A DNA stretch of 64,000 bases from Nitrospirota bacterium (GTDB taxonomy: Bacteria; Nitrospirota; JACRHJ01): positions 64,001-128,000 of the forward strand of contig CAVTDB010000025.1 in assembly GCA_963733375.1 (NCBI GenBank), read 5' to 3'. This document shows, piece by piece, positions 22,054 through 32,936 of the stretch. Within the stretch, counting starts at the first letter, position 1, and the number at the start of each line of letters is the position of its first letter. The translations under genes and the position numbers were made by a program. The notes below the pieces were generated by a model. That model had not been told where the DNA came from, did not search any database, and worked only from the letters and a program-made list of their open reading frames with translations.

Positions 22054-22683
22054 ATGGATAAAAATAACTGGATAAAGACGGTATTTTTCGACCTGGGCAA
22101 GGTGCTCCTGTCGTTTAACCACGAAAATCTCGTAGAGAGGCTCCTGTCTAAAAGTGATGCCGACGAGGAGACGTCAACCGACCTTTTCACCTTCCTTTTC
22201 GACGCCAGGGACGGCCTGTGCAACCTCTACGACGAAGGCCTTATCTCCTCCCGCGATTTCTACAATAGTATTAACGCCCGCTTTCCCCTGAACGCATCGT
22301 ATGACGAGTTCGCCGGACTCTGGAACGACATATTTACGGAAAACCGGGAAGTATCCGCCCTGATGGAAAAAGTACGTGAAAAAAGGCCGGTCTACCTCCT
22401 TTCGAACGTCAACGAGCTGCACTGGGAGTTCTGCCGGGATAAGTTCGAAGTGCTGGGCAGGATGGACGGGTGGGTGCTTTCCTATGAGGTCAAATTTAAA
22501 AAGCCCAAGGCGCCGATCTACCTGGCGGCCCTGGAAAAGGCGGGCGCGGGGCCGGGCGAGAGCATATTCATAGACGATATGGCCGAGAATACCGCCGCCG
22601 CGGAAGAGATGGGGATAAAGGGCATAACCTTCATGGGCGCGGACGATTTGCGGGAAAGACTTTTGGAGTTGGAAATTATTTAG
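22054..22683 (+). CDS. HAD-superfamily phosphatase (YihX-like)
   Basis: FFDLGKVL, LLSN, KPKAPIY, FIDD..EN. Confidence 0.92.
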   Translation: MDKNNWIKTVFFDLGKVLLSFNHENLVERLLSKSDADEETSTDLFTFLFDARDGLCNLYDEGLISSRDFYNSINARFPLNASYDEFAGLWNDIFTENREVSALMEKVREKRPVYLLSNVNELHWEFCRDKFEVLGRMDGWVLSYEVKFKKPKAPIYLAALEKAGAGPGESIFIDDMAENTAAAEEMGIKGITFMGADDLRERLLELEII

Positions 22684-22690
22684 AAAAACC

Positions 22691-22792
22691 GTTACTTTCT
22701 TTTCACGGGAAAAGAAAGTAACACAAAGAAAAGCGGGACTATTAAAACTAGTCCAAAAGTTTTTGGCGTTACCTTTTTCCCAAAAAGGTAAC
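22691..22792. repeat. Repeat family A (two-hairpin, about 100 bp element)
   Basis: GTTACTTTCTTTTC..GAAAAGAAAGTAAC-ACAAAGAAAAGCGG...AAAAGTTTTTGGC-GTTACCTTTTT..AAAAAGGTAAC. Confidence 0.9.
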
Positions 22793-22797
22793 AGGTC

Positions 22798-23859
22798 TTA
22801 AGGTTGTACGGTAGCCTCCGCAGTGTTTGAAGCCCCGCTTTCGTTCGGCGGCGTGGCGTTATCCACAGCCGTCACGTAATAGGTATATTTCACACCCGCC
22901 GAAACGTCCCTGTCCGTATAGGTCGTATTTGGAATAAGCGCCGCGTCCAGCTTTTTTGGGGCGGATTCGCCTTCACCCCGCCTGTACAGGTTATACCCTG
23001 CTATGTCCGTTTCCGTCGACGGCTCCCAGGAAAGCATCACCGCGCCCTCGCCCGGAACGGCCTGAAGTCCGGTCGGCGGAGGCGGGGCCTGCAATTTCGC
23101 GGGCGTCGCGCATACCTCTACCGACTGCTCTCCCTCGGTCAGCGGCGGCTCGATGCCCCTGAGCACGGCTACGGTATAGCAGTAGGTTGTGCGGTTACTA
23201 CGGCCCGTATCGGTATAGTTGTTTTCTTTGACGGGCTGCCTGTTTATCAGCGTCTGCCCCTTTACGTCCTTTTCATGCCGGTAGATGTTATAACCTGCCA
23301 GGTCGTCCATCTTTCGGCCCCCTTGGTCGCCCAAAGCGGGCTCCCAGGAAAGCTGTACCGTCCCGTTGCCAGAAGTCGCCGTAAGCTTTGTGATCTTGCC
23401 CGGAGGCATCAGGAAATTCAACGGGTGCGTCTGTGCGGCTTCCCCGCTGAACCCGTCCTTGTTCAGGGGCAGGACCTTATAGACGTATCTCCTTCCGAAG
23501 ATACCGCTTCTGTCCGCCCAGACGACCTTCTTCCCCTGCACCACTGCGTCCTTCGGGAATTCAAGGTCTATATAGCCCGCTTTCTCGAACGCGCAGGGGC
23601 AGCCCGTCTCTCCCGCCGGGATTTCCGCGCGCTGCACCAGGAAACCGGCTAAGTCCGTCAGCGGCTCGTTCCGGCTGTTCTTGTCGGGTGCGGTCCAGGA
23701 AAGTATCATGGCTCCCGGCTTAAGATCCACGGAGAGGTCCGTCACCGGTTTCGGCAGGACGGTGCCGGGTATTATAAGGTCCCCTTTCCTGCCGCAGGAG
23801 TTAATAAGAAAAAAAGCGGCTATCAGGGCGGGAAATAAAAAAAGAAAGTTCTTCCTCAA
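22798..23859 (-). CDS. Fibronectin type III repeat lipoprotein
   Basis: Lipobox INSCGRKG; three LSW...GY/FxxYR...YTD...YxY FN3 repeats. Confidence 0.88.
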   Translation of the reverse strand: MRKNFLFLFPALIAAFFLINSCGRKGDLIIPGTVLPKPVTDLSVDLKPGAMILSWTAPDKNSRNEPLTDLAGFLVQRAEIPAGETGCPCAFEKAGYIDLEFPKDAVVQGKKVVWADRSGIFGRRYVYKVLPLNKDGFSGEAAQTHPLNFLMPPGKITKLTATSGNGTVQLSWEPALGDQGGRKMDDLAGYNIYRHEKDVKGQTLINRQPVKENNYTDTGRSNRTTYCYTVAVLRGIEPPLTEGEQSVEVCATPAKLQAPPPPTGLQAVPGEGAVMLSWEPSTETDIAGYNLYRRGEGESAPKKLDAALIPNTTYTDRDVSAGVKYTYYVTAVDNATPPNESGASNTAEATVQP

Positions 23860-23941
23860 GGAAAGTTCTCCTGTAATAAATTGCTATAATTAAATAATCA
23901 TCGGGAGTATAACATAGGAAACCAAGAGGATTCAATTATTT

Positions 23942-25351
23942 ATGGTGCGCACAAAGGTGGTGGCGACGGTCGGCCCGGCGTCGGATAGCGAGGAGATGCT
24001 GCTGGAATTGATAGCCGCCGGGACGGATACGTTCCGGCTGAACATGTCGCATGGGGAGTTAGACGCTAAACGCGCGCTCATCAGGCGGATAAGGGAGCTT
24101 TCGAGATCGGGCAGGACGGAGCCGTTCTGTATCCTGGGGGACTTGGGCGGGCCTAAGGTGCGTGTCGGGAAACTGGCCGGCGGCAAGGTAAAGCTGGAAG
24201 AGGGCGCTACTGTTACCCTTACCTCGGAAGAGATGACCGGTGACGCCTTGCGGGTCCACGTGGGTTACGAAAAACTTGGCGCGGGCCTTAAGCGCGGCTC
24301 CCGCATTTTAATCGACGACGGGATGATGGAGCTTAAGGTAAGCGCGGCGAAAGTCGGAGAGGTGCGGGCGAAGGTCGTCAAGGGCGGTATGCTGCTGGAG
24401 CATAAGGGGGTAAACTTCCCCGGCATGCCGCTCGAGCTCCCGACGATGACGGAGAAGGATATCGAGGACTTAAAACTGCTGGTGGACGAGGGCGTCGATT
24501 ATATAGCGCTGTCTTTTGTCCGGAGGGCGTCCGACCCGCTCATGTTGAAGCGCAAAATTGCCGAGATGGGTTCCGACGTGCCTGTGATATCGAAGATCGA
24601 GAGGCCGGAGGCGCTTCGTGAGATCAAGGAGATAATAAAGAATTCCGACGCCATAATGGTGGCCAGAGGGGACCTTGGCGTTGAGATGCCGCTTGAGAAA
24701 GTGCCGTTCGTCCAGAAGAGGATAATCAGGCTCTGCCACGAGATGAAAAAGCCGGTCATCACCGCGACGCAGATGCTGGAGTCCATGATATGGAACCCCC
24801 GTCCCACCAGGGCCGAGGCCTCGGACGTGGCGGGCGCGGTCCTTGACGGCACGGACGCCCTGATGTTATCCGGCGAGACGGCCTCCGGGAAATACCCGAT
24901 AGCGGCGGCCGAGATGATGGCCCGGATAGCCGCCAATGCGGAAAACCACCTTTCCCCCGCCCATTACACCTCCGAACCCGGAGCCCCCGCGGAGGTGATC
25001 GCCATATCCGCGTGCCGGAGCGCGGACGCCCTCGGCGCGAAGGCCATAATCTGCTTCACCAGGAGCGGGGACACCGCGCTGCATATATCCAAGTACAGGC
25101 CGCGCACGGCCGTTATAGCCGCCACCCCTTCCGAGAGTACCTTCAGGAGGATGAGGCTCTATTTCGGAGTGATTTCCATGATAGTCCGGCAGGAGAGTAA
25201 CACGGACGCGATGATACGGGAGATGGAGCGGGCGGCGCTTAGCCGGGGGCTTGTGAAGCCTGGAGACGCCATCGTGGTAACCCTCGGGGTGCCTTACGGG
25301 TCCGGCACGAACCTTCTTAAGGTGCATCATGTCGGACAGTCCTGGGCATAA
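23942..25351 (+). CDS. pyk: Pyruvate kinase
   Basis: TKVVATVGP, RLNMSHG, KIE, MVARGDLGVE, TATQMLESM, PTRAE, MLSGETA. Confidence 0.97.
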   Translation: MVRTKVVATVGPASDSEEMLLELIAAGTDTFRLNMSHGELDAKRALIRRIRELSRSGRTEPFCILGDLGGPKVRVGKLAGGKVKLEEGATVTLTSEEMTGDALRVHVGYEKLGAGLKRGSRILIDDGMMELKVSAAKVGEVRAKVVKGGMLLEHKGVNFPGMPLELPTMTEKDIEDLKLLVDEGVDYIALSFVRRASDPLMLKRKIAEMGSDVPVISKIERPEALREIKEIIKNSDAIMVARGDLGVEMPLEKVPFVQKRIIRLCHEMKKPVITATQMLESMIWNPRPTRAEASDVAGAVLDGTDALMLSGETASGKYPIAAAEMMARIAANAENHLSPAHYTSEPGAPAEVIAISACRSADALGAKAIICFTRSGDTALHISKYRPRTAVIAATPSESTFRRMRLYFGVISMIVRQESNTDAMIREMERAALSRGLVKPGDAIVVTLGVPYGSGTNLLKVHHVGQSWA

Positions 25352-27796
25352 CAAAATAAAGGACGTCCTCACGCGGGTCGCCCCCTATCTGGGCGGCGCA
25401 CTTTTTTTAGTCGCCCTTTTCGTCCTTCGGCATACGCTCCGGAAATACCATTACCACGAGATAATCAGGCATATCAGAAATTTGCCGCCAGGGGACGTCC
25501 TCCTGGCCCTTGCCCTGACCGCCGCCGGCTACCTTGTGCTTACCGGCTACGACGCCATATCCATCCACTATATCCGCCGGACACTGCCGTACAGGAGGAC
25601 GGCGTTCGCTTCGTACGTGGCCTACGCCTTAAGCCACAGCATCGGCGTCTCCACCTTAAGCGGCGGCGGCGTCCGCTACAGGCTTTACTCCTCCTGGGGC
25701 CTCTCCGCGACCGATGTCGCCAAAGTCGTGATGTTCAACGGCATCACGTTCTGGACCGGGTTCTCTTTTGTCGGGGCGGCGATATTCATCCTCCGGCCGA
25801 TGCCCGTCCCGCCGGGACTACACCTGCCGATACCATCGGACTTCTATGTGGGGCTAATCTGCCTTCTTGCGGTCTCTTCGTACCTCTTCGTCTGCGCGTC
25901 AAGGAAAAAACCGGTAAAGATTTTCGGCCTGGAACTTCGGGTCCCCCCGCTCTCACTTTGCTTCGCCCAGATAACCATATCCTCCCTCGACTGGCTTATC
26001 GCGGGAAGCGTGCTGTTCGTGCTCCTCCGGCAGGACCTGCACCTGGGCTATCTCGATTTCATCGGCATATTTCTTTTCTCGCAGATCGCAGGTCTTGCAA
26101 GCCAGTCGCCGGGCGGCCTGGGCGTTTTCGAGGTGGTGGCGCTTATCATGCTCTCGCCGTACGCGCCGCCGTCCTCGGTCCTGGGCTCGCTCCTCGTGTT
26201 CCGCGGCGTGTACTACATCCTGCCGATGATTGCGGCAATCCTGATGCTGGGGGCGCAGGAGGCGCTACGGAAGAAGGAATTTTTCAAGACGGCCATGCTC
26301 TCCGCAAGCCGCGCCGCGCCGGTACTCGTGCCGGACTTGTCCGCGATAGCGGTATTCGTCGCGGGTGCGGTACTCCTTGTCTCCGGGGCGGCGCCGGCCA
26401 GGATGTCGAGGATGAGTACCCTGGCGGTTTTCCTGCCGCTGCCGGCGGTTGAGATCGCGCATATAATGGCGGGCCTAACCGGCATCGTTTTGCTTTTCCT
26501 GGCGAGGGGTCTCCAGAGGCGTGTAAAAAACGCCTATTCCCTGTCCGTGCTCGCCCTCACTTTCGGGATAGTCTTCTCCCTCATGCGGGCGTTCGATTTG
26601 GAAGAGGCGATATTCCTCCTTGTCATACTTGCGGGGCTCCTGCCGTTTTCAAGGCTTTTCTACAGGACCGAGCCGCTGAAGGCCCAGCAGTTATCGATGG
26701 GCTGGCTGATAGCGGCAGGGCTTACGGTCGCCTGCTCGGCCGGCGCGGGTGTTTTTATTTACAGACATGCCGAATATACCCGGGAGCTATGGTTTAAATT
26801 CGACTACTACGCGAACGCCGCCCGGTTCTTCCGCACCACCGTCGGCGCGGCGGCGGCCCTCCTCTTTATCGCCGCAAGGTCGCTAATCCGGCCGCCTCAG
26901 CCGAAAGTCGTCCTGCAGCGGCATGGATGACCTCCCGAAGACATTTAATATCGCCTGTTCTTCCGAGCAGCAGCTCTCATTTCTCGCCCTCCGGGAGGAC
27001 GTAAAATTCCTGACCGGAGAGAAGACGGATTCGTTCATGCCCGTCGCCCAGGGCGGGAAGTCGGCCGTCTGCCTCGGGGAACCCGTCGGGTCGCCGGGAG
27101 AAAGGGCGGAGCTTGCCTGGCGTTTCCTGGAGTACTGCGGCAAAAACGATATGAAATCCCTTTTCTACGACCTGCCCCCGGAAAACCTCCAGGTCTATCT
27201 GGACCTGGGACTCAGCTTGATAAAGGTATCCGAAGAGGCGAAGGCTCCGCTGGCGGATAGTCCGCAAGGCCTCATATACCCCGATGAAACGGGCTTATAT
27301 AATTTCAGGATGCTCCCGCCCGGTTCCGAGGCGGAAATTGCAGATCTCTCCCGCGGACAGGCTTCTTATAAAATCATTGCCGCTTGCGGTACTTCAAAGG
27401 GGCGGGGAGGTCTTGGCGCTTGCCCCGATATGGCAATGCGCGTCGCGTAAAGAGTTGTCCCCGGTATTCATCCGGACCGCGCCGGGGGCGAGGGAGGCGA
27501 TTAACCCGCTGATGGCGGGGCTGTTTGCCTGGGGCAAGAAGAACGGCCTCAAGTGGCTGAACTTGGGTACCGCGCCGCTGCCCGCGCCCAGGGTACGGGA
27601 CAACCCGGCCCTCGCGGAAGCCTTGCGCCGCCTGCCGTACACGCACCGCGAGCATTTTGATTCCGCTCTCGCGCTTCGGGAATTTAAGGAAAGTTTCAGG
27701 CCGGTCTGGGAGCCGAGGTTTATCGCCATCCCGCCCGGAGTTTCCTCGGAAGAGGCGGTCGAGGAAGTGAACAGGCTGACGAGCCGGACTTCATAG
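25329..27796 (+). CDS. mprF: MprF-like flippase/synthetase with a degenerate synthase domain, frameshifted
   Basis: GGGVRYRLYS, PGGLGVFE, RGVYY TM domain; C-terminal GEPVG, LGTAPL, FRPVWEPRF. Confidence 0.8.
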
Positions 27797-27900
27797 CCCT
27801 CTGTCCCCTGACTCAAGGCGCGCGCATTTGATCATCTTCGGCCCCTACGCGGCCGCAAGGGTGGCTTATCTTAATAGGGGGGAATGGAAATTTAACCATT

Positions 27901-28215
27901 ATGGGCGAGCAATTCATAAGCGAGGCGATTAAGCCGGTAACCGAGACGTGCGATTTCTCCAATGCCGCGCCGGGTGCGCCGTGCCTGCCGCGCGAGTTCA
28001 TATGGAGGAAAAAGAAGGTAGAGGTGCTTGCGGTAATCCGCACCTGGCGCGAGACCGGCCCCTGCCATCACGGAAGCCCCGAGATGTACGTCCGCAAGCA
28101 CTGGTATGAGATCGCGACTAATGAAGGAATAATGAAAATCTACTTCGAGCGCCAGCCGAGAAGAGGCAAGGCTCACAGCAAAGAGAGATGGTGGGTTTTC
28201 AGTATTATTTCTTGA
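27901..28215 (+). CDS. Small cytoplasmic protein (DUF6504-like)
   Basis: FISEAIKP, PCLPREFIWR, YVRKHWY, MKIYFERQ, RWWVF. Confidence 0.7.
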   Translation: MGEQFISEAIKPVTETCDFSNAAPGAPCLPREFIWRKKKVEVLAVIRTWRETGPCHHGSPEMYVRKHWYEIATNEGIMKIYFERQPRRGKAHSKERWWVFSIIS

Positions 28216-28296
28216 AAAAACGTTCTTTTCGTATATATTCAATATGAGAAGAAGAAAGACCCATCGCTCATCTTATAAAAAATTCCTGGATATTAA

Positions 28297-28725
28297 ATGT
28301 GCGAGAAACCTACAGATTTGAATAAAATTGAAAACGTTGAACTTTTGACCAATTTCTACGGCGTTTGGCCTTGTTTTCATGATGCAGAGGTAATTTCACT
28401 TCACCTCGATCGTTCCGGAGAAGAAGGCCCTTACCTAGAAGCAAAAGTTTATGTCTTTGACGCTACATCTGAAATTGATGATAAAGGATTTTTTATTTTA
28501 AAGAACAAAGCTCATGTCACGTTACGATTTACAAAAATAATTTTAGACCACATAAATGATTTTAATCATCAAAATGTTTTGTCCTCAATGGATATTAAAG
28601 AAATAAATTCCGCTAACCCTGAAGGAATGAATTACAATATTAAAATGGTCAATTGCTATGGCGGCGGTGTCTCATTGAATTGCCAAAAAATTAAAGTCCT
28701 TGACGTATCACCTTTCGTCAAATAA
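28297..28725 (+). CDS. Imm50-like immunity protein (orphan)
   Basis: YGVWPCFHDAEVISLHLDR...VTLRF...FNHQNVL motif pattern; AT-rich. Confidence 0.75.
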   Translation: MCEKPTDLNKIENVELLTNFYGVWPCFHDAEVISLHLDRSGEEGPYLEAKVYVFDATSEIDDKGFFILKNKAHVTLRFTKIILDHINDFNHQNVLSSMDIKEINSANPEGMNYNIKMVNCYGGGVSLNCQKIKVLDVSPFVK

Positions 28726-28769
28726 AGGGGGCAGCACATCGGCCGGCCCCTACCGTAGAAAATAGATAG

Positions 28770-29767
28770 TTATTTAATTTCCAGCATCCTGTCCAGCGCG
28801 CTTTTCGCCGGGATGCGTATCTCTTCCGGGACCTTCACTATGCAGTCCATATGCTCTAAAGTACGCAGCACGCTCTTGATGGTCGTCTTCTTCATGTTCG
28901 GGCAGAGCATGTCTTTGCGCAGGGGATAGAACGTCTTCTCCGGGCTGTCCTTCCTGAGGCGGTACATCAGCCCAAGCTCCGTGCCGATTATAAATTCCGT
29001 AGCACTCGGATTCCTTGCAGTACCTGAGCATCCCGGATGTGCTTGTCACGTAATCGGCCTCGTCCAGCACCTCCATCGGGCACTCCGGATGCGCAAGGAG
29101 CAGGGCGCCCGGGTGCTGCGCGCGCGCAGTCTGAACGTCTTCCAGGCTCACGCGGTCGTGGATATTGCAGAAGCCGTCCCAGGCGATTATCTCTTTGCTT
29201 GTGTTCTTCGCCGCCCAGGCGGCAAGGTTCTTGTCCGGGACGCAGATTACCCTGTCGCCATCCATCGACTCGACGACCTTCACCACGTTCGCCGAGGTAC
29301 AGCAGATGTCGCTTTCCGCCTTCACCGCCGCGGTGGTGTTGACGTAACTGACTACCGGCACGCCGGGATATTTTGCCTTGATGTCGCGCAGGTTGAAGTT
29401 CTTCCGGATACGTGTAGCAGAATTCCTTCTGCGTCCCCGGAAAGCGCGTGCCGTAAAAGCGCGGCCCTTCGACAGTCACCATATCCGCCATCGGGCATCC
29501 GGCGTCCGCCTCCGTTAGAAGCACCGTCTTGTCCGGCGAAAGGATGCTTGCGGACTCCGCCATGAAATGCACCCCGGCGAAAACAATCACGTCAAAATCC
29601 GTATTTGCCGCGATGCGGGAAAGCTCCAGGCTGTCGCCGGTATAGTCCGCGACCTCCTGCACCTCGTCCCGCTGATAATTGTGCGCGAGGATTACGGCGT
29701 TTCGCTCGGACTTCAACTTCGAAATCCGGGCAGCTATATCTTTAAATTCTGAAGAGCCGATAAGCAA
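28770..29767 (-). CDS. nadA: Quinolinate synthase A, frameshifted
   Basis: ILAHNYQ, GDSL, GVHFMAE, AGCPMA, YVNT, CCTSAN, PDKNL, AHPEC, STSG, CPNMK. TTG start after AAGGAG. Confidence 0.95.
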
Positions 29768-29785
29768 AGTCAACTCCTTAAGGTC

Positions 29786-29882
29786 CTTCTTTTCTTTCAG
29801 GTGAAAGAAAAGAAGCAAAAGAAAGCCGGGCCAAAAGGCCAGCTCAAAAGTTTTTGGTGTTACCTTTTTACAAAAAGGTAAC
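29786..29882. repeat. Repeat family A copy
   Basis: CTTCTTTTCTTTC..GAAAGAAAAGAAG-CAAAAGAAAGCCGG...AAAAGTTTTTGGT-GTTACCTTTTT..AAAAAGGTAAC. Confidence 0.88.
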
Positions 29883-29905
29883 GGTTTATTATATTGAAGT
29901 TGACT

Positions 29906-30730
29906 TTACTCGACAAGAGAAATGTTGTTGCCGGAAACGGGGGTTTCGGTGAAGAGTATCGAGCCGTCTTTCAGCTCGACTTTATATATGGTTTTCGTGT
30001 AGCTCGTGCCGGTGACCGGGTTTTTGGAAAGCCGCATCACCTTGCGCACGTAGTTCTTCGTCTCCGGTATCGCGGGGACGCACATGCCGTTACGGATTAC
30101 CTTGCCCTCGCCGCAGTTATAGGCCGCGACGGAAAGCTCCACGTCGCCGTTGAAGCTCTTCAGCAGATAGCGCAGGTATCTTACCCCCCCGTCTATATTC
30201 TGCTCCGGGTCGAATATACTGCGTACGCCCATGTCGGCGGCGGTGGACGGCATAAGCTGCATAAGGCCGCGCGCGCCCTTCGGGGAGACGGCCTGCGGGT
30301 TGAAGTTGGACTCCGCCTTTATGATTGACTTGACCAGGCTGGGGTCCACATTATACTTGTCGCATTTCGCGCTGATTATCCCGGAAAAAGGCACATTGCT
30401 TAATGCGCCGCCCTCTACATAATAATTTTTCTCAGGCGCCCGCTTTATGCCGTCGGCGGATTTCGCCTTTTCCGGAGGCGTTGTCTTTGCCGTTTCCGTC
30501 CCGCTCTTATCTTCCGGGTGTTCCGGGGCAGCCTGGACGTGGGGTTTTTCCCGGACTACCGTCTCGATCCTGGTCTGGTTGCTCTTGGGTACGTTGGTGA
30601 AGACTATCGCGCCGTTCGCGTCTACGTATTTGTAGATGTCAGCGGAGGCCTCTGGTGATGCGGCGGCAAGCAGGACCGGCAGGATGACGGCCTGAAGCAT
30701 GAGAAATTTTTTGAAGTTGAATGAAGGCAT
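29906..30730 (-). CDS. Lytic transglycosylase (DUF4124 + SLT)
   Basis: IYKYVDANG..FTNVP; IKAESNFNP, GLMQLMP, AAYNCG, ETKNYV. Confidence 0.92.
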   Translation of the reverse strand: MPSFNFKKFLMLQAVILPVLLAAASPEASADIYKYVDANGAIVFTNVPKSNQTRIETVVREKPHVQAAPEHPEDKSGTETAKTTPPEKAKSADGIKRAPEKNYYVEGGALSNVPFSGIISAKCDKYNVDPSLVKSIIKAESNFNPQAVSPKGARGLMQLMPSTAADMGVRSIFDPEQNIDGGVRYLRYLLKSFNGDVELSVAAYNCGEGKVIRNGMCVPAIPETKNYVRKVMRLSKNPVTGTSYTKTIYKVELKDGSILFTETPVSGNNISLVE

Positions 30731-30872
30731 TATCCTCGTATAACTTGCGCAATGCCGAAAAACTCGCCCAAAACTCGCCCCTGAACTTGCCACGGGACAG
30801 TCACCTTTATATCAAAAAAAATGGCAAAAGTCAAGAAAACTGCGGTAACAAGCGGAAATAATTAGAGATATT

Positions 30873-31682
30873 TTAATTAACCCCCGCCTTCGCCCTTGGG
30901 TCCGCGATGGGTATCGCCTTCAGGAGGGCCCTGGTGTAAGGGTCTTTTGGGCTATTGTATATCGTCTCCGCGGCGCCCGACTCCACTATCTTGCCCCGGT
31001 TCATGACCGCGACCTTGTCGCAGAAGTACCGGACGATGTTCAAGTCGTGGGTGATGAACAGGAAGCTTAGGGAGAACTCGTCCTGGAGGTCCTTAAGGAG
31101 GTTTAAGACCTGCGCCTGGATGGAGACGTCCAGCGCGGAGAGGGGCTCGTCCGCGACGATAAGCTCAGGCTTCACGGAAATTGCCCTGGCGATGCCTATC
31201 CTCTGCCTCTGGCCGCCGGAGAACTCATGCGGGTATTTCCCTATCGCCTCGGGTCCGATGCCGACTTTTCTAAGTATCTCCGCCACGCGGTCCCGAAGTT
31301 CGCTCCCCCTGGCCAGCCCGCTGACAAAAAGCGGCTCGCCCACTATCTCCCCCACTTTCATCCGGGGGTTCAGCGAGGCGTACGGGTCCTGGAATATTAT
31401 CTGCATCCTGCGCCTTAGCTTCCTTAACTCCTCCCGGTCGGCAAGGGTGACGTCCGTGCCGTCGAAGATCACCGACCCTTCGGTCGGCTCGATAAGCCGA
31501 AGGACACACCTGCCCACGGTGGATTTGCCGGAGCCGGATTCGCCGACAAGGCCCAGCACCTCTCCCCTGTTAATCTCGAAATCGATGCCGTCAACGGCCT
31601 TGACCTGCGTTTTTTCGCCGAAAAAGCCCCTACTCGCAGAAAAATATTTTTTTAGGCCGCTGACCTTTAAAAGCGTTCCCAT
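30873..31682 (-). CDS. Peptide ABC transporter ATPase (DppF/OppF)
   Basis: GESGSGKST, FQDPYASLNP, FSGGQRQR, DEPLSALD. Confidence 0.93.
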   Translation of the reverse strand: MGTLLKVSGLKKYFSASRGFFGEKTQVKAVDGIDFEINRGEVLGLVGESGSGKSTVGRCVLRLIEPTEGSVIFDGTDVTLADREELRKLRRRMQIIFQDPYASLNPRMKVGEIVGEPLFVSGLARGSELRDRVAEILRKVGIGPEAIGKYPHEFSGGQRQRIGIARAISVKPELIVADEPLSALDVSIQAQVLNLLKDLQDEFSLSFLFITHDLNIVRYFCDKVAVMNRGKIVESGAAETIYNSPKDPYTRALLKAIPIADPRAKAGVN

Positions 31683-31773
31683 GGTTAAGCATTATCCATT
31701 AAAGAAGCCCGCCTGTCAATATCCTGCTCCTTTTCCTTGACATGGCATGCGCCCGCCCTTAATATCTCAGTAT
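31683..31773. promoter_or_regulatory. Back-to-back sigma70 promoters, both apparently leaderless
   Basis: Minus: TTGACA(31714-31719)-17-GATAAT-8nt-ATG. Plus: TTGACA(31737)-17-TAATAT(31760)-8nt-ATG. Confidence 0.7.
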
Positions 31774-32671
31774 ATGCTGAACCTGCTTGAGAAAATATAC
31801 GACCAGATAAAGAAGCTTTACGGGCCCAGGCATTTCGTGGCGCTGGTCGTCCTGATGTTCGTGGTCTCCGCCGCGGGGATAGCCATCGGCGTAAAGTACA
31901 CCCGCGTACATCCGGAAGGACCCCGAATACTGCAACAGCTGTCATCTTATGAAGGGGGTATTCTCCGAGTGGGCCTCAAGCGACCACAAGAGCGTCGCAT
32001 GCCAGGAGTGCCACAAGCTTACCGTGTTCGAGCAGGACACCCTGCTGATAAAGCATATAATATACGGCAAGACAAAGATAGGACAGAGCCACGGGAAGAA
32101 GCTGCCCTGGAAATCATGCTCCGGCTGCCACTGGGAGCAGAAGGCCCAGGGCAAGGAGGAAAACGTAAAAAGCTACGGCCACTTCCGCCACGACTTCCTG
32201 GAATGCTTTGACTGCCATCCTTTCGTCGGCCACAACTTCCCCAGCGACCCGGACGCCTGCGTCCGGTGCCACAGGGGCAAGAAAGTGCACGGCGCGGGGA
32301 TGGAGGGGCTTCTTTGCGTCAACTGCCATATCTTCAGTATGCGCGAGGGCACGGAACGGAACAGGGTAATACCCACCAGGCAGCGGTGCGTCAAGTGCCA
32401 TCAGAAGGTCCAGGCGGACTTCCCGCCCGGTTCTCCCATGTCGAAGCTCGAATGCTTCTCCTGCCATGACCCGCATGGCGAGATAAAACCGAAAGATTCC
32501 CTGTGCACCGGCTGCCATAAGGACTTAACCGACAGGGGCCACGTCGTCCATGTGAAGGCCGCCTGCTCTTCCTGCCATAAGGCGCATACATGGAAAGTAA
32601 ACGACCTTAAAGCCGTCTGCTCCTCCTGTCACGGGTACCGGGACCCGTCCGGCGTCTTTCCAATCAGGTAA
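31774..32671 (+). CDS. Membrane-anchored 11-heme cytochrome c (NapC/NirT-like N-terminus), one frameshift
   Basis: N-terminal TM; CNSCH (in frame just upstream of ORF 31949) plus ten further CxxCH motifs. Confidence 0.88.
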
Positions 32672-32872
32672 TCATTCCTTATAGCTGACATCTTTGCGAA
32701 AAGTGGATTCTTTTTTTCGCGCCGCTGCAAAGAAATCCTTATTTATAAATAGTGATATAATATGTCCAGTAGGATGCACCGTAGGTTCCCACAACAATCT
32801 TCTTGGCTAAATATCTTAAATTTCAACGACATAGCAGTATAATTTCCTTATCGCACCTTTTTTTCCTGGTTC

Positions 32873-32888
32873 TGGCACGCGCCTTGCT
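32873..32888 (+). promoter_or_regulatory. sigma54 (-24/-12) promoter
   Basis: TGGCAC-GCGCC-TTGCT matches the consensus. Possible enhancer inverted repeat TCTTTGC(32691)/GCAAAGA(32727) with an AT-rich spacer. Confidence 0.88.
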
Positions 32889-32936
32889 CTATATAAGAAG
32901 CAGGGAAACAAAAAAAACAGGAAAAGGAGGTGTGAC

